The position numbers and the translations under genes were made by a program. Of a stretch of 64,000 nucleotides of DNA, positions 50,859-62,731 are shown in pieces; within the stretch, counting starts at the first letter, position 1, and every line of letters begins with the position of its first letter. The notes below the pieces were generated by a model. That model did not search any database. It was given only the letters and a program-made list of their open reading frames with translations, and had not been told where the DNA came from. The stretch lies in the NCBI GenBank assembly GCA_022813865.1, contig JALDZX010000060.1, positions 1 through 64,000 of the forward strand, in the 5' to 3' direction. The stretch is from Xylographa opegraphella. Lineage: Eukaryota.

Positions 50859-53800
50859 TCCCTAAAGGTTCGGCACCCACCAGTTTGATATGATGGGAAG
50901 TGAAACTGGAGTGATAAATGTTATGGAGGCTCCTAGTACCATGTTTAAGGAGGGTGACTCACAATTCGTGATCCGAGGATCGGAATCGCAGCTTTCGCTT
51001 TCACCCTCGAATGCCTGTATCCCAAGGTTGAAAGGTTTGGGTTTCTGGTGTATTACTGTAGAAAGCGCAATTCAAGAAGTACCAATAATTGGAAGCCAAA
51101 GCAAGTACACGATATTTCGACGTTCCAGGGTGGCCGTGATGATTCCGCCCAAGACAGAATTTCACGTCGTTGCAAGTAGTTTATAGGGCAGCAATGATAC
51201 AAGATCAGAATGAGGAACGCATGAGGGGATGAAAGGATGAGGGACTTTGCTTCGCGCCGTGGCGGTGCTGGGGGGAAGTGCAAGGCTGAGCTGGCACAAG
51301 AGCCTTAATAGGAGTGAATAGGTAGCAAAGGGACAGAACAACACGAAGAATGCGCACACACAACAGATGGTTTAGACATCAAAGCTCGCTCCACGACACG
51401 ATGTTGCAAAGAAGAAAAAAGATATGATCTGATCGGTGAAATCGAGGGGATTGTCATGACTTTGTCAGCACTCCAGGCAGCAGCACTCAATAGGGCATTA
51501 GCGTCGGAATATCTTACCACGTCTCACCGATTCCGATTGGGGAATGACGAGCACGAAATGAAATTGTTCGGTCACAACTATCATGGTAATGCAATAAACA
51601 ATCATTCTGAATGAGAAAGATGTCGTTGCGCTGAATCGATTACAGTTTTTTTCAGCCTCTGTTTGATGGCAGTCAACTCTCATCATTGGTTGATGAAGTG
51701 AGCATCGACATTGAAACACGCCTTGTCGAGGTCTATGAACCAAACCAACAATAAATATCAATAATACTCGACGACAAGAAATACACCTCGCCTCGTTTAA
51801 TTAAAATAAGAATTCGATAATGATCGATAATTTCGCAATTCTTAATAAATAAAATTTTAAATATATCGTATAATAATTTATAATAATAATTATATACTTT
51901 ATATTATCGATTATTATAAATTTATGAAAGAAATACTTGAATAATTTTATAAAAATTTGAAAATTAATTTTATAATTGAAATATCCGAGTCACGATAAAA
52001 TAAAATAAAATATATACATTTTTATAACGTCGATTTTAATCGATTTATTAAGAAATTTATTTAATAATTTATTACAATTATAAATCGCAGATTTTTGCTG
52101 TATTACAAATTACAGATTTGGAAATTACAAATTTTAACTGCAATTACCCTGATTACTTATTGAAGCTTTTATTATATATTATTAATAAAAGTTTTTTATT
52201 TAATTAAAAACTCTCGTATATATATAAATAAATTTTCGGTTTTATAATTTTTTATTGATTATATAATTACCTCATTTTTAATTATATTTGTATAATTTAA
52301 TAACACTGTTTAATCCATTAGCAATTAATTATTAAATAATTGTTTCCTCAAATTTATTGATTAATTCGAATAAATAGTTCGAGTATTATTTCAGTTTTTT
52401 ATTATTTTAATTAATTATATATATTTTATTTTATTTTATTCCACTTTTTCGAATCAACTGTTTTAATTTAATTTTATTTTATTTTATTACCTTTGTTTGT
52501 TTATTTCTACGGCATTCGTCAAATTTTTTAATATAAAAAATACAAATTAAAAATTTAATTTAATTTATTCGCATTTTTTATTTAAAATTTAATTAAATAA
52601 TAAATCTTTTGAAATTAAAATTGAATAGTAATTCAATTAATCAAATCTTATCTACGTTATTTATTAATATTTTTAAATTTAAACAAAGATATTTTATTTT
52701 TCGTTATTTTTCTACGTTTATTATATTTTACTATACGTAAAAATTCGTTCGTGATTTCAATAAAAACGTTAAATTCATGTTTTATTATTTTTACTCGTAT
52801 TTTTATTATATTCATAATAAAATTCGTTTATTAGCTGAATTATTATTTTTTAAATTTAAAATAAATTTGTATGTGATATAATTTAAAAAAAATTGAAAAT
52901 TAATACGTATTTTGATGAAATATTTAAAAATATTAAAATTGAACTATGAAAAATTCGACCGGTTAAAGCACTTTTTTAAAAAAAAAATTTAAGCGAATAA
53001 TTAATCAACGTCGTAGCCAGTTCCTCAAATTTTCAAATGTTTCGATCGAATTTTTATAGATTCTTTATAAATTCTTTCTAAATTCTTTATAAACTCTTTA
53101 TAAATTCTTTATAAATTTATTATATATTTAAAGTCAAAAGATTATATCAAAATTTCACCTTTACAGAATAAATCGCGCCAACGAATTTATAAATTTTCAT
53201 ATTCCCGAGTGCTATCAGAAAGGGTATTAAAAGTTGCTATTAAATATTGTTAAAAAAACATTAAAAATGTGAAATAAACGCCTGACTACAAAATCTGTAA
53301 TCGTGTAACAAAATAAAAAAGCTGATTTTTAATTATTTAAAAAAAGTTTTGTTATATAATAACTCGTTAAAATGTGCAAACAAAGCAAAAAAAGAAAAAT
53401 ACAAATCAAATTCAGGTTCAAAACTCAGAATTCGTAACAAATTCCTTTAATTAAAAAATTCAGCGTTAACGCTAAACAAAATATATATACGAATATAAAT
53501 ACGCTTAAATTATTTTTAATTAATCTTTTTTTTTCGTTAATAATAATATATTAATATTATTTCTTTTGATCAATTTTAATAATTTTCGATTAAATATGTT
53601 AAATATATATTTTCTCGTAATTTTATTATAATCGTTAATAAGCCCTCGTATTTCGTTTAAATTTTTTTTAATTATTTATTATATTCTGCTCTATATTCTT
53701 TTTATTCAAATAAATTTTCTACGATAAATTTTATACGAAATACCCTTTCCCGTTTATTAAATAATTAATTTAATTTAAAGAAGTTATTTTCGTAATCGTT

Positions 53801-55049
53801 AATATATTCCGCCGCACATTAATTAAAACTAAATTTATAATTAAAATCGAATTTTAAATTTGATACGAGATCAAGCTGTACGATTATGAAAATTAAATAA
53901 ATTTTTTAATTTATAAAAAACTCGAGTCGATATAGTAATCGTTTTATTTTTTAAAAACTTAAAAAAATATATTATAAAAAAAGCTATTTATTAAAAATGA
54001 TAAAAATATTATATTTTTTATATAAAAAAAATAATCGCGTAATCGCCGAGCGATAAAAAATCGCGGTATATTTCCTGTCGTAATATTTTTTACTAATATA
54101 TTTATAAAAGTTATTATTTCTTTAACTTTTATTTGATATCGCTGAAAATTATACTTCCGTTTTTTGAGATTTATTAAAAAATCCGTTAAATTCAATATAT
54201 TAAATTTTTCATTTAAACGTGTCCCTTGCGTGATTTCGTTAACAAATTTCGCAGTAATTAAACTTATTGAATTATTAAATATTATTTATAAAATTAGCGA
54301 GAAAATCGATTAATCTACGAGTATTTTTAATTTTATAATTATATATCGCAGGGTTATTTCGACAGTTTAATTAATCTGTTTAATTAATCGTCCATTTAGG
54401 AATAATATATAATAAAATATAATAATTTTATTTTGAAAAGTCGAAAAGGCTTTTTTTATAATTTTAATAAAAAAATAATTTTTATATAAAATTAAAATTC
54501 TGAAAATAAACAATTCGACGATTTAAAAATATATTAATTTTTTTAATTTAATTCTTTATCGTATAAATACTTTTTTTATATAATATAATTTTTTTACTAA
54601 ATTTATATATTATAATAAAATAGCAATCGTATTTTTATCATAACTTTAATAAAGCGAGAATAAAATTTATTATGACGCAGTAATAAACAATATCGAACGT
54701 TAAAATTAATTAAAAATCTCTTTAAAATTTATGCCGTTTGATTTAATTTTTAAAGTATAATTAGCAATATTTAATACATATTTTAAAATCATATTCGAGT
54801 TGATAAATGTATGAAAAATCGTAATTTTTTTTATAAATATAATAATACTCAGAATAGTCGTATAAATCGTACGCTATATATAATACAATTTTTATTAGAT
54901 TATACGATATATATAATTATTTTCGGCCATTATTAAAGTTTATTACATAAAAATATTCGTTATTTTTCTCATACGGAAGAAATATCGCGTATCTATTTAC
55001 AATATCGTTTTTACGATTTTTTTTTAAAGATTTTACGTTAACGGGTATT

Positions 55050-55298
55050 TGTTACGGCTCGCTATCTCACCAGAAAAGCAGGCCTAGAACCACAGCTATA
55101 GGTGAGCGATTTCAACCTAGAATAATACAAGGAAGCAAGTTTANNNNNNNNNNNNNNNNNNNNNNNNNNNNNNNNNNNNNNNNNNNNNNNNNNNNNNNNN
55201 NNNNNNNNNNNNNNNNNNNNNNNNNNNNNNAGTCCCGGACGCGCTTTAGTCCCGTTCCGTCTATCACTTGTTAAGGTGCCATGTAACACGCCGTTACA
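55050..55298 (-). mobile_element. Solo LTR, family A
   Basis: Reverse complement of 2265-2495, TSD GTATT. Empty homologous site at ~18248. Confidence 0.9.
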
Positions 55299-55844
55299 GT
55301 ATTACTTGCGTATCTAACAATAAATTTAGCTTTAAAATTAAATAACATTTTTATTATCGTCATTTCATAATTATACAAACAGTTAAATTTACTACTAAAA
55401 ACTATTATAATTATTACGCGTATTATCGCTGTTTAATCTAAAAATAATATTTAATACGATATAAAATCAACCGGGTTTGTATTTAACAATAAATTAAAAT
55501 GTTTAAAAAATATTTCAAAACTTCAACGAGTCGCAGATTAAATTTTTTAATATTTATAATTAATAAATTAATTTAAATCGCGATAACAATAATCGCAAAG
55601 TAATTAATATATATTATTACGATTGATTTCTTTCCGATTTTTAACATATATTGTTTTTATAGTAATAATTTAAATCAAATACGTTATTTTTATTTCAATA
55701 AATTAATTTTTCTTTTCGTTTTAATTAAAATTTTACTTAAAAATATAATAAAATAAATATCGAAATATTTTAATATAAAAAACAAGTTTATAACCTTAAC
55801 ATTTATTATCTAAAAAAAATTTCAATATCGAATAAAATAATAAA

Positions 55845-56478
55845 CTTCAGCAAAAAGAATTCTTGCTTAAAATTCAAGGTTTTACAGATCGATCAAAAAG
55901 TATGCTTTTTGCGCATTTAATACGTTTAGTACGTTCAGTTTAAAAAATAAAAAATATTGCTTTTAACTCTTTTAGTAAATATTTTATATATTTAAAATAC
56001 GTTTAGAATACGTTGTTAATACCTTTTTAAAATATTGCTAGAAATAAAATAAAATATTAAGTTTTAAATTAACGAATATTATTCGTAAATACTCGCTAAC
56101 GCTGTAACTTTAACGAATATTTAACGTAATTTAAAAAATTTAACGAATTTAAATTTTTTTACGAAAAATTAATTCAATTACGTATTTATATTATTTATAT
56201 AAATTTGATAAAGGGCCTGCTTCAAGGGATTAAAAAGATTTTTTTCGAAAAATATTTTTTACTTAATTAATTTTTAATAATTTTTAAATATATTTTCTAA
56301 GCGAATTAATTATTTTGAAACATTTTTTTAATTTTTTAATTTTATAAAAAATTGCTTAACGTGCTGAACGTATTAAATGCGCAAAAAGCATATAAAAAGT
56401 ATGCAAAAATTAAAAACCTTATACTATTTCTGCAGATTTACTTTTTGATCGAATTTTCGGTTTTCCATTTTACTAATG
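55845..56478. mobile_element. MITE-like element, inverted copy of 40119-40822
   Basis: Absent from the homologous family D site at ~18825. Ends match the ATCAGCA terminal motif. Confidence 0.7.
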
Positions 56479-57319
56479 AATATAAATTCCTATTCCGCGC
56501 TTTTGAAACGTATCGATATTATAAAAAATCATTAAAATAAGTTAAAATATATTAAAATGAACGAATTATTAAAAGCGTTTTTAAATTCTTCCAAAACCTT
56601 TGATTTAATTAATGTTAAATTATTTACGAATAAATTAATTCTAATTTCTTTACGTCGTATATCAATAACGTTATATTTTACGAAATTTCGATTATGTATT
56701 TTTTGTATTGTTTTTAATAATAACCCTAAATAAATATACTACGCAATATAAATAGAAAAATATTTAATTACTTTTAAATACGTTTCGAGTTTGCGTAATA
56801 TCGTAAAAAATTTTAAAAAAATAATATTTTTATTTTTATTTTCTGCGGTCACGAAATCGAAAGTATTGATTTTTTAATTTAATAAATTTACGTTTAAGTA
56901 ATTTAAAAAAAATTATTTAAGGTTAAAAATATATTAAGTTTGAAAGTAAAAAAAAACTACGTATAAATAAAAATTACTTTTTTAATATATTCGAATAAAT
57001 TACTACGTCGCTAATATATATTTTACAGTAAATGTTATATTTTTAATAATATTTATTTTTATGTACGCGAGGTTATTACAGTACTTTATTAATATAATAT
57101 TAAATATTTTCTATTTTTAATAAAATACGAGGACGAGGCGATTTCGATAAAAATTATAAACTCGTTATTAATAAAAAAATTAAAATTTATTATCAATATA
57201 TATATTATTTCGCGTACTGCAGAGATAATCTTTGTTTATAAAGAATTAAAAAATAAATTCGAGATTGAAATTTTATTCAAAAATCGTATATCGACTACGA
57301 TACAATTTTTACAATTTTT

Positions 57320-57680
57320 ACATTTTTTTCCATTTTTTCCATTTTTTCCATTTTTTCCATTTTTTCCATTTTTTCCTTTTTTTCCTTTTTTTCCTTTTTT
57401 TCCTTTTTTTCCTTTTTTTCCTTTTTTTCCTTTTTTTCCTTTTTTTCCTTTTTTTCCTTTTTTTCCTTTTTTTCCTTTTTTTCCTTTTTTTNNNNNNNNN
57501 NNNNNNNNNNNNNNNNNNNNNNNNNNNNNNNNNNNNNNNNNNNNNNNNNNNNNNNNNNNNNNNNNNNNNNNNNNNNNNNNNNNNNNNNNNNNNNNNNNNN
57601 NNNNNNNNNNNNNTTTTGTTACTTTTGTTACTTTTGTTACTTTTGTTACTTTTGTTACTTTTGTTACTTTTGTTACTTTT
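57320..57680. repeat. Compound 9-bp tandem array (CATTTTTTC / CTTTTTTTC / TTTTGTTAC) spanning a gap
   Basis: Read directly, with an N run in the middle. Confidence 0.85.
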
Positions 57681-58319
57681 ATATATAAATTTTATTAAAT
57701 TATTTATCGACGATTGCGTGATCTTTAAAATTGAATATATATATTTTAAAGGTTAATTTATAAATTAATTGCCAGTTATTAATTAATAATATTTTTTATT
57801 TCGCTTTTGAAATATTTACTACGTTATTATTATTTATTTATGATTTTAAAAAATTATTTACTACTTCGACGATTCTTGCTACGACGATTAAAATTTTATC
57901 ATAAATAATAATTTTATTTAAAAATACCTATTTTATCTTTTCAACGACATATTATGCTAAAATATATTAAAAGTTAAAACGAAATTTTGCGAAATTTTGA
58001 ATATTTTATAAATATACCGGCAAATTTACTTCGTTTAAAAATATTAAAAAATATTAATTAACGTCGTATTTTATAAGGTTGCCAAGGTTCGTTCTTTACG
58101 ATATTATTAAAAAACATCTATTTATTGTATATATATACAAAATGTTTACGTTTATTACGTATACGTAAAACTCGTTATATATTAACTAAAAAAATCGCGA
58201 TCGAGAGAAAATTCTTCGATATATTGAACTACGACAAACGTTTTAATTTAAAACAAAAATATAACGTTTTTTAAAATAAAAATACTTCTCTCGATTCTTT
58301 CGTTAAAATAAAATGTAGT

Positions 58320-58445
58320 AATTATATTAATAATGATATTAACGATGATATTAACGATAATATTAACGATGATATTAACGATGATATTAACGATGATATC
58401 AACGATGATATTAATAATAATATTAATAATAATATTAATAATAAC
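58320..58445. repeat. 12-bp tandem repeat (AACGATGATATT)n
   Basis: Read directly. Much shorter at the homologous site ~26860. Confidence 0.8.
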
Positions 58446-58722
58446 TCTTTTTTTAACGAGATTAAAAACAAAGATTTTGAAACAAAAAAAATTTATTTCG
58501 ACAAAAATTCTCGCCTTAAAATCTTTTATAATCATAAACTATATTTTTCGAATAATGTAAATTATCGCGAGCGTACCGTCTGCAAAATAATTAAAAAAGT
58601 AAATATTTAAATCAACATATTTATTAATTCGATATTGATTAAAATCGGTTCCGTAAATAATAAATAGCCACATTATTTTTAAAATATTCGCCTTCAAATT
58701 TTATTCGGGTAAAAAACCTCGA

Positions 58723-58957
58723 TGTCACGAACCCGCGATAAGTAATGGCAGAATAATGCCTAAAAAGGCCCGGCGAAATTATATAGTGAAATATCAAGAG
58801 ATTTTTAATAATCTTAGTATTATTAGTAGATATTAAAAATACTAAAAATATTAAAATTATAATAGTAAAATATTTATATAAAAACGCTAGAAATTCTGAA
58901 AATTCTGACGTATTTGATTTATATATCGCAGGTAATAAATAGTTTTAATATAAATAT
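58723..58957 (+). mobile_element. Truncated LTR related to the Gypsy element 1 LTR
   Basis: TGTCACGA start and shared ...TTTATATATCG(C/A)AGG motif with 4743-5048. Confidence 0.6.
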
Positions 58958-59213
58958 TGTAAAGGAATTCGTAGGAAGTCCGCAGCAGCCTAGTTGAGTA
59001 GGCAAAGGGGTAGGCAAAAGGATTGGATCGGGGTCGCAGCTAGGTCAAGTCTTTTCTGAATAAGGTNNNNNNNNNNNNNNNNNNNNNNNNNNNNNNNNNN
59101 NNNNNNNNNNNNNNNNNNNNNNNNNNNNNNNNNNNNNNNNNNNNNNNAGATGCGTGAGGAAGGAAGCTCGAAATCCAAAAAGCGCCCAAAAGACCCGCCC
59201 CGAATCCACCACA
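58958..59213 (-). mobile_element. LTR family E (no matching TSD)
   Basis: TGTAAAGG...CACCACA, matches 17265-17521. Confidence 0.8.
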
Positions 59214-59894
59214 CTTGAAAAAGTGAAAAAAAAATTAATAACAAAATTTCGGCCTTCGTTAATAAAATTTAAACTCGAAAAATTGATTAATTGTTATACT
59301 TTATAGCCTTGGCAACAGATTACAATAAATAATTTTAAATAATTATATAAAAAATACAAAAGCATTAAAAAATAAAATGTTTATATAAAGCGAAAAACTC
59401 TTTACATTATAAAAAACGTATTCAATTTATGTTATAATTTAATTTATAAAATAAAAAATTTTAATATAATTTTATACAAAAATTATCATTTTTTGAAAAC
59501 GATAAAATTGTTATTATATTTTTCTATTTATTTATTAACGAATAAACCCAGATTTCAAATTAATTTATATTAGTGAAATTTAAAATCGTAATAAATAAAC
59601 GTTAATAACGTTTTTATCGAATTTTTTTAAAAAAAAATATATATATCGCCTTTATTTAAAATCGAGGTTGAATTAAATTATTATCGTAAAATTTTATAAA
59701 AATTCTACGATTTTAAATAAATAAGTTATAATTAATATAAATGCTGTATTTAAAGTTTCAAATGAATGAATGTTAAATAATACGACGATAATTTATATTT
59801 ATTAATTTATTTTCAAAAAAATTAATTATTTTTATACCTAAACAATATTAAAATTATAGTACCGCGTTAAGTTGAAATTAATTAATTTAAAATT

Positions 59895-60091
59895 TGTTGA
59901 AAGGTACGATGGGTACTGAAGCGCAGTGGTCATTCTAGCAGAATATATGGGTAAACAAGTGTGTTGTATTAGCTATGAACAACTACGAGACTATATGCTC
60001 GCGCACTANNNNNNNNNNNNNNNNNNNNNCCCGAGCTCTCGCTTAGCAGCTCTCGCTATCCTGCAGGCAGGCCGGGACTCTATTTCTAACA
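59895..60091 (-). mobile_element. Solo LTR, family F
   Basis: Reverse complement of 3815-3997, TSD AAATT. Confidence 0.9.
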
Positions 60092-60877
60092 AAATTGAAT
60101 TTACAAATATTTTAAAAGTTAAAATTTTGAAAAAAGTAAACTTTATCAATCTTTAAATTACGTGTGATAAAAAATCGTTGAATTCGCTTAAAAATATATC
60201 ATTTAAAAAGAAATGCAAAGTAATATATAAAAATCAATAAAAACAAAAATTTAAAATTTTTAATTAATAACTACGATTCGTTTTAAGCAGTCGATTTCAA
60301 AAATAAAGATAAATTATTGTCAATATTAATATATAATCGAAAGTTTAATATACGTGATAATATATACCAGTTTTAATATTGTTTTTATTTTAAAAGAAAT
60401 CATATCAATATTTTAATAACATTATAAAGTACCATGGTCGCGTATTAAAAACTTTTATTTATTATATTTAACTAACGATTAATTTGAAAATAGTTTATAA
60501 AAATAATAAAAAAGAATTATTTTATTTATTATTTCGATTTTAACTATAAAATAAATAAATAAAATCCAATTTTAATTTTAAATAAATATAATGAACTTAA
60601 AGAAAAATTAACTGTTTAAATAAATTAAAGATAAACATTAATATTCATTTTAATTATTGAAATTAAATATATAATTTTATGAAGCTGCGGTGGAAAAACT
60701 TTAAATTATTTAATTATTTAAAAACATTGGCTTTCGTAAATATTTAAATATCGATTGAAATAATATTAATATTATAAAAATAATCAAATTTAAAAAAAAC
60801 TCGTCGAGACAATTAAAAAATTAATTGATTATTATTAACGCTGGTTAAAAACGTTTATATTTCCGAAAAATTGAAAT

Positions 60878-61069
60878 TGTTAGGGAGCGACTATAAGTAG
60901 TTTCAATAGTGCTGCATTGGTTAACTAAAATTTAAAACTAAAGAAGGAAAAGGTTCAATTACAGAAAGAAAAGCCTTCTTGTACCTTTTCGCTTAGCCCA
61001 ATAACATTTCCGGATATATAACACATGATTATTTCAGCCAGTTTGTAAGGCTGCGTTCGAGCTTTAACA
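60878..61069. mobile_element. Solo LTR, family G
   Basis: TGTTAG...TTAACA termini, TSD GAAAT/AAAAT. Interrupts the Copia KHID region. Confidence 0.75.
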
Positions 61070-62036
61070 AAAATATATTAAATATATTTATTATTATTTT
61101 AAAGATTTTTATTTAAAAAAATGAATTTTATACTTACGTAATATATAATCCTAAGCGTATTAATTAAATTATTATTTAATTTTATTTTTAAAAAAATATT
61201 ATTTAATTAAATTTAAATAATAATGTAAACTAGCGATTGAATAAATATTAAATAAAAATATGAAAAATAACGTTATTCTGCGAATTATTCTTTATATTAT
61301 TTATTAATAAATTAAACGTCAATTTACTTTTAAACTAACGTAATCGTATATAAATTTTATTTTGAAAAAAGGAATCTTTTTACGCATTTTAACAAATAAT
61401 TCAATAAAGCATTAATTTTATTATATTGATTTCACTCATTCATTTCAATTAAAATTTTAATAATGTATTAATAAATTAAGTCGTTCAAGAAAACGAATTC
61501 GTATATATACTCGTAGGTTTATTTGAAGAATAAATAAAATATAATTCAATAATTTAAAAAAATGAAAATATTAATTAAATGTCAACTTTTATATATATTA
61601 ATAAAAATACAATGTATTATTCAAAATCGCGGAAACCTTTATTATTGAAAAATAATATTATTATAATTTTTATATTTAAATCATTAAGGCCTCGATATTA
61701 TTATAATTTATCAAAGTAAATTTAAATGAAATTAATTTAATTGTTTATAACGAAATTTTGCAGCGATATTGATTAAAATTTCTTATAATTTAATTTTAAT
61801 TTAATTTTATCAATGAATTCATAAATGCGATATCTTCAATGAAACCTTGATAATAATAAAAAATTTAATCAAAGTTTTAACGTATTCGTAAACGAACACT
61901 TTTAATTAATAAATTTAGCAAAATAATAATTTAATTACTTATTAATAACATAATAATTTAATTACTTATTAATAACATAATAATTTNNNNNNNNNNNNNN
62001 NNNNNNNNNNNNNNNNNNNNNNNNNNNNNNNNNNNN

Positions 62037-62098
62037 CTTCACCGAATATACGATTACTGTTGCCCCCGCCCTGATCCAAATACACGTGCCTTTTAATA
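62037..62098 (-). mobile_element. Family H repeat end (gap-truncated)
   Basis: Reverse complement of 43116-43177. Confidence 0.7.
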
Positions 62099-62731
62099 CC
62101 ATGCATATAATAAAAAAGGAATGCTTCGTTGTGCTTTTTCTTTTATTTTATAGAACTAGGAGCACGTCTATCCGATTTCTACCCCAGATGTCCTATTCTG
62201 CTGTCATATCCTATGCTACAATATCATCCCCTACCCCATCCCCATCCCATCATCCCATCATCCCATCATCCTCCCACCCCTTCCAACTCCACCAAGTTCC
62301 ATCCGTCCCACACATAACCTTCCGCACCCCCGCCCCCCTCTCTATTCCGAACCCATACAACGACGCTGTCCCACGCAACGCCACGCTGCCTCCTCACTCT
62401 CCGCGCTTCTCTTCGCACGGCCGAGGGAGCTAGGCTGTGATGCCGAAAGCCGATAGGACGAGGTGTGAAATGGTGAGGCGGCAGGAGCCGCTGCCGCTGC
62501 ATCGGAGGTGGGAGTTGTGGCTGAAGCCGTGCGGTGGCTAGAGTTTTGGCTTTTCGTACTGCACTTCCGTACTGTGCTTCCGTATCGTGCTCGTCGTAGT
62601 CATTTGATGCGTCCGTCGTCCGGAATGCCCAACCGGGCACATCTCCCAGTCCCAACTTCCCCTACCCCAAATCCCAACCGTTCCCATCAAGCATAACCGC
62701 TCGTCTATATCTCCAAATCCATCAAGAAATC

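Larger units (their letters stand above)
53210..58720 (-). mobile_element. Second, 5'-truncated copy of Gypsy family D
   Basis: LTR 53210-53439. Colinear with 16360-19600 plus 26037-27170. Minus-strand RT motifs IVVDIRFLNK (~57290) and YISDVVIYS (~57005). Confidence 0.8.
59500..61450 (+). mobile_element. Copia RT/RNase H plus 3' LTR fragment interrupted by two solo LTRs
   Basis: Colinear with ~36650-38137. LTR ~61258-61450. Confidence 0.75.

Noticed and set aside
57265..57756. 163-aa Phe/Leu-rich ORF
   Set aside because: Translation of a microsatellite plus an N gap inside a dead retrotransposon.
58248..58560. ORFs with MILT/NIIV repeats
   Set aside because: Products of the 12-bp tandem repeat.
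61926..61986. Short perfect tandem duplication before the gap
   Set aside because: Sits at a contig end and is probably an assembly edge effect.
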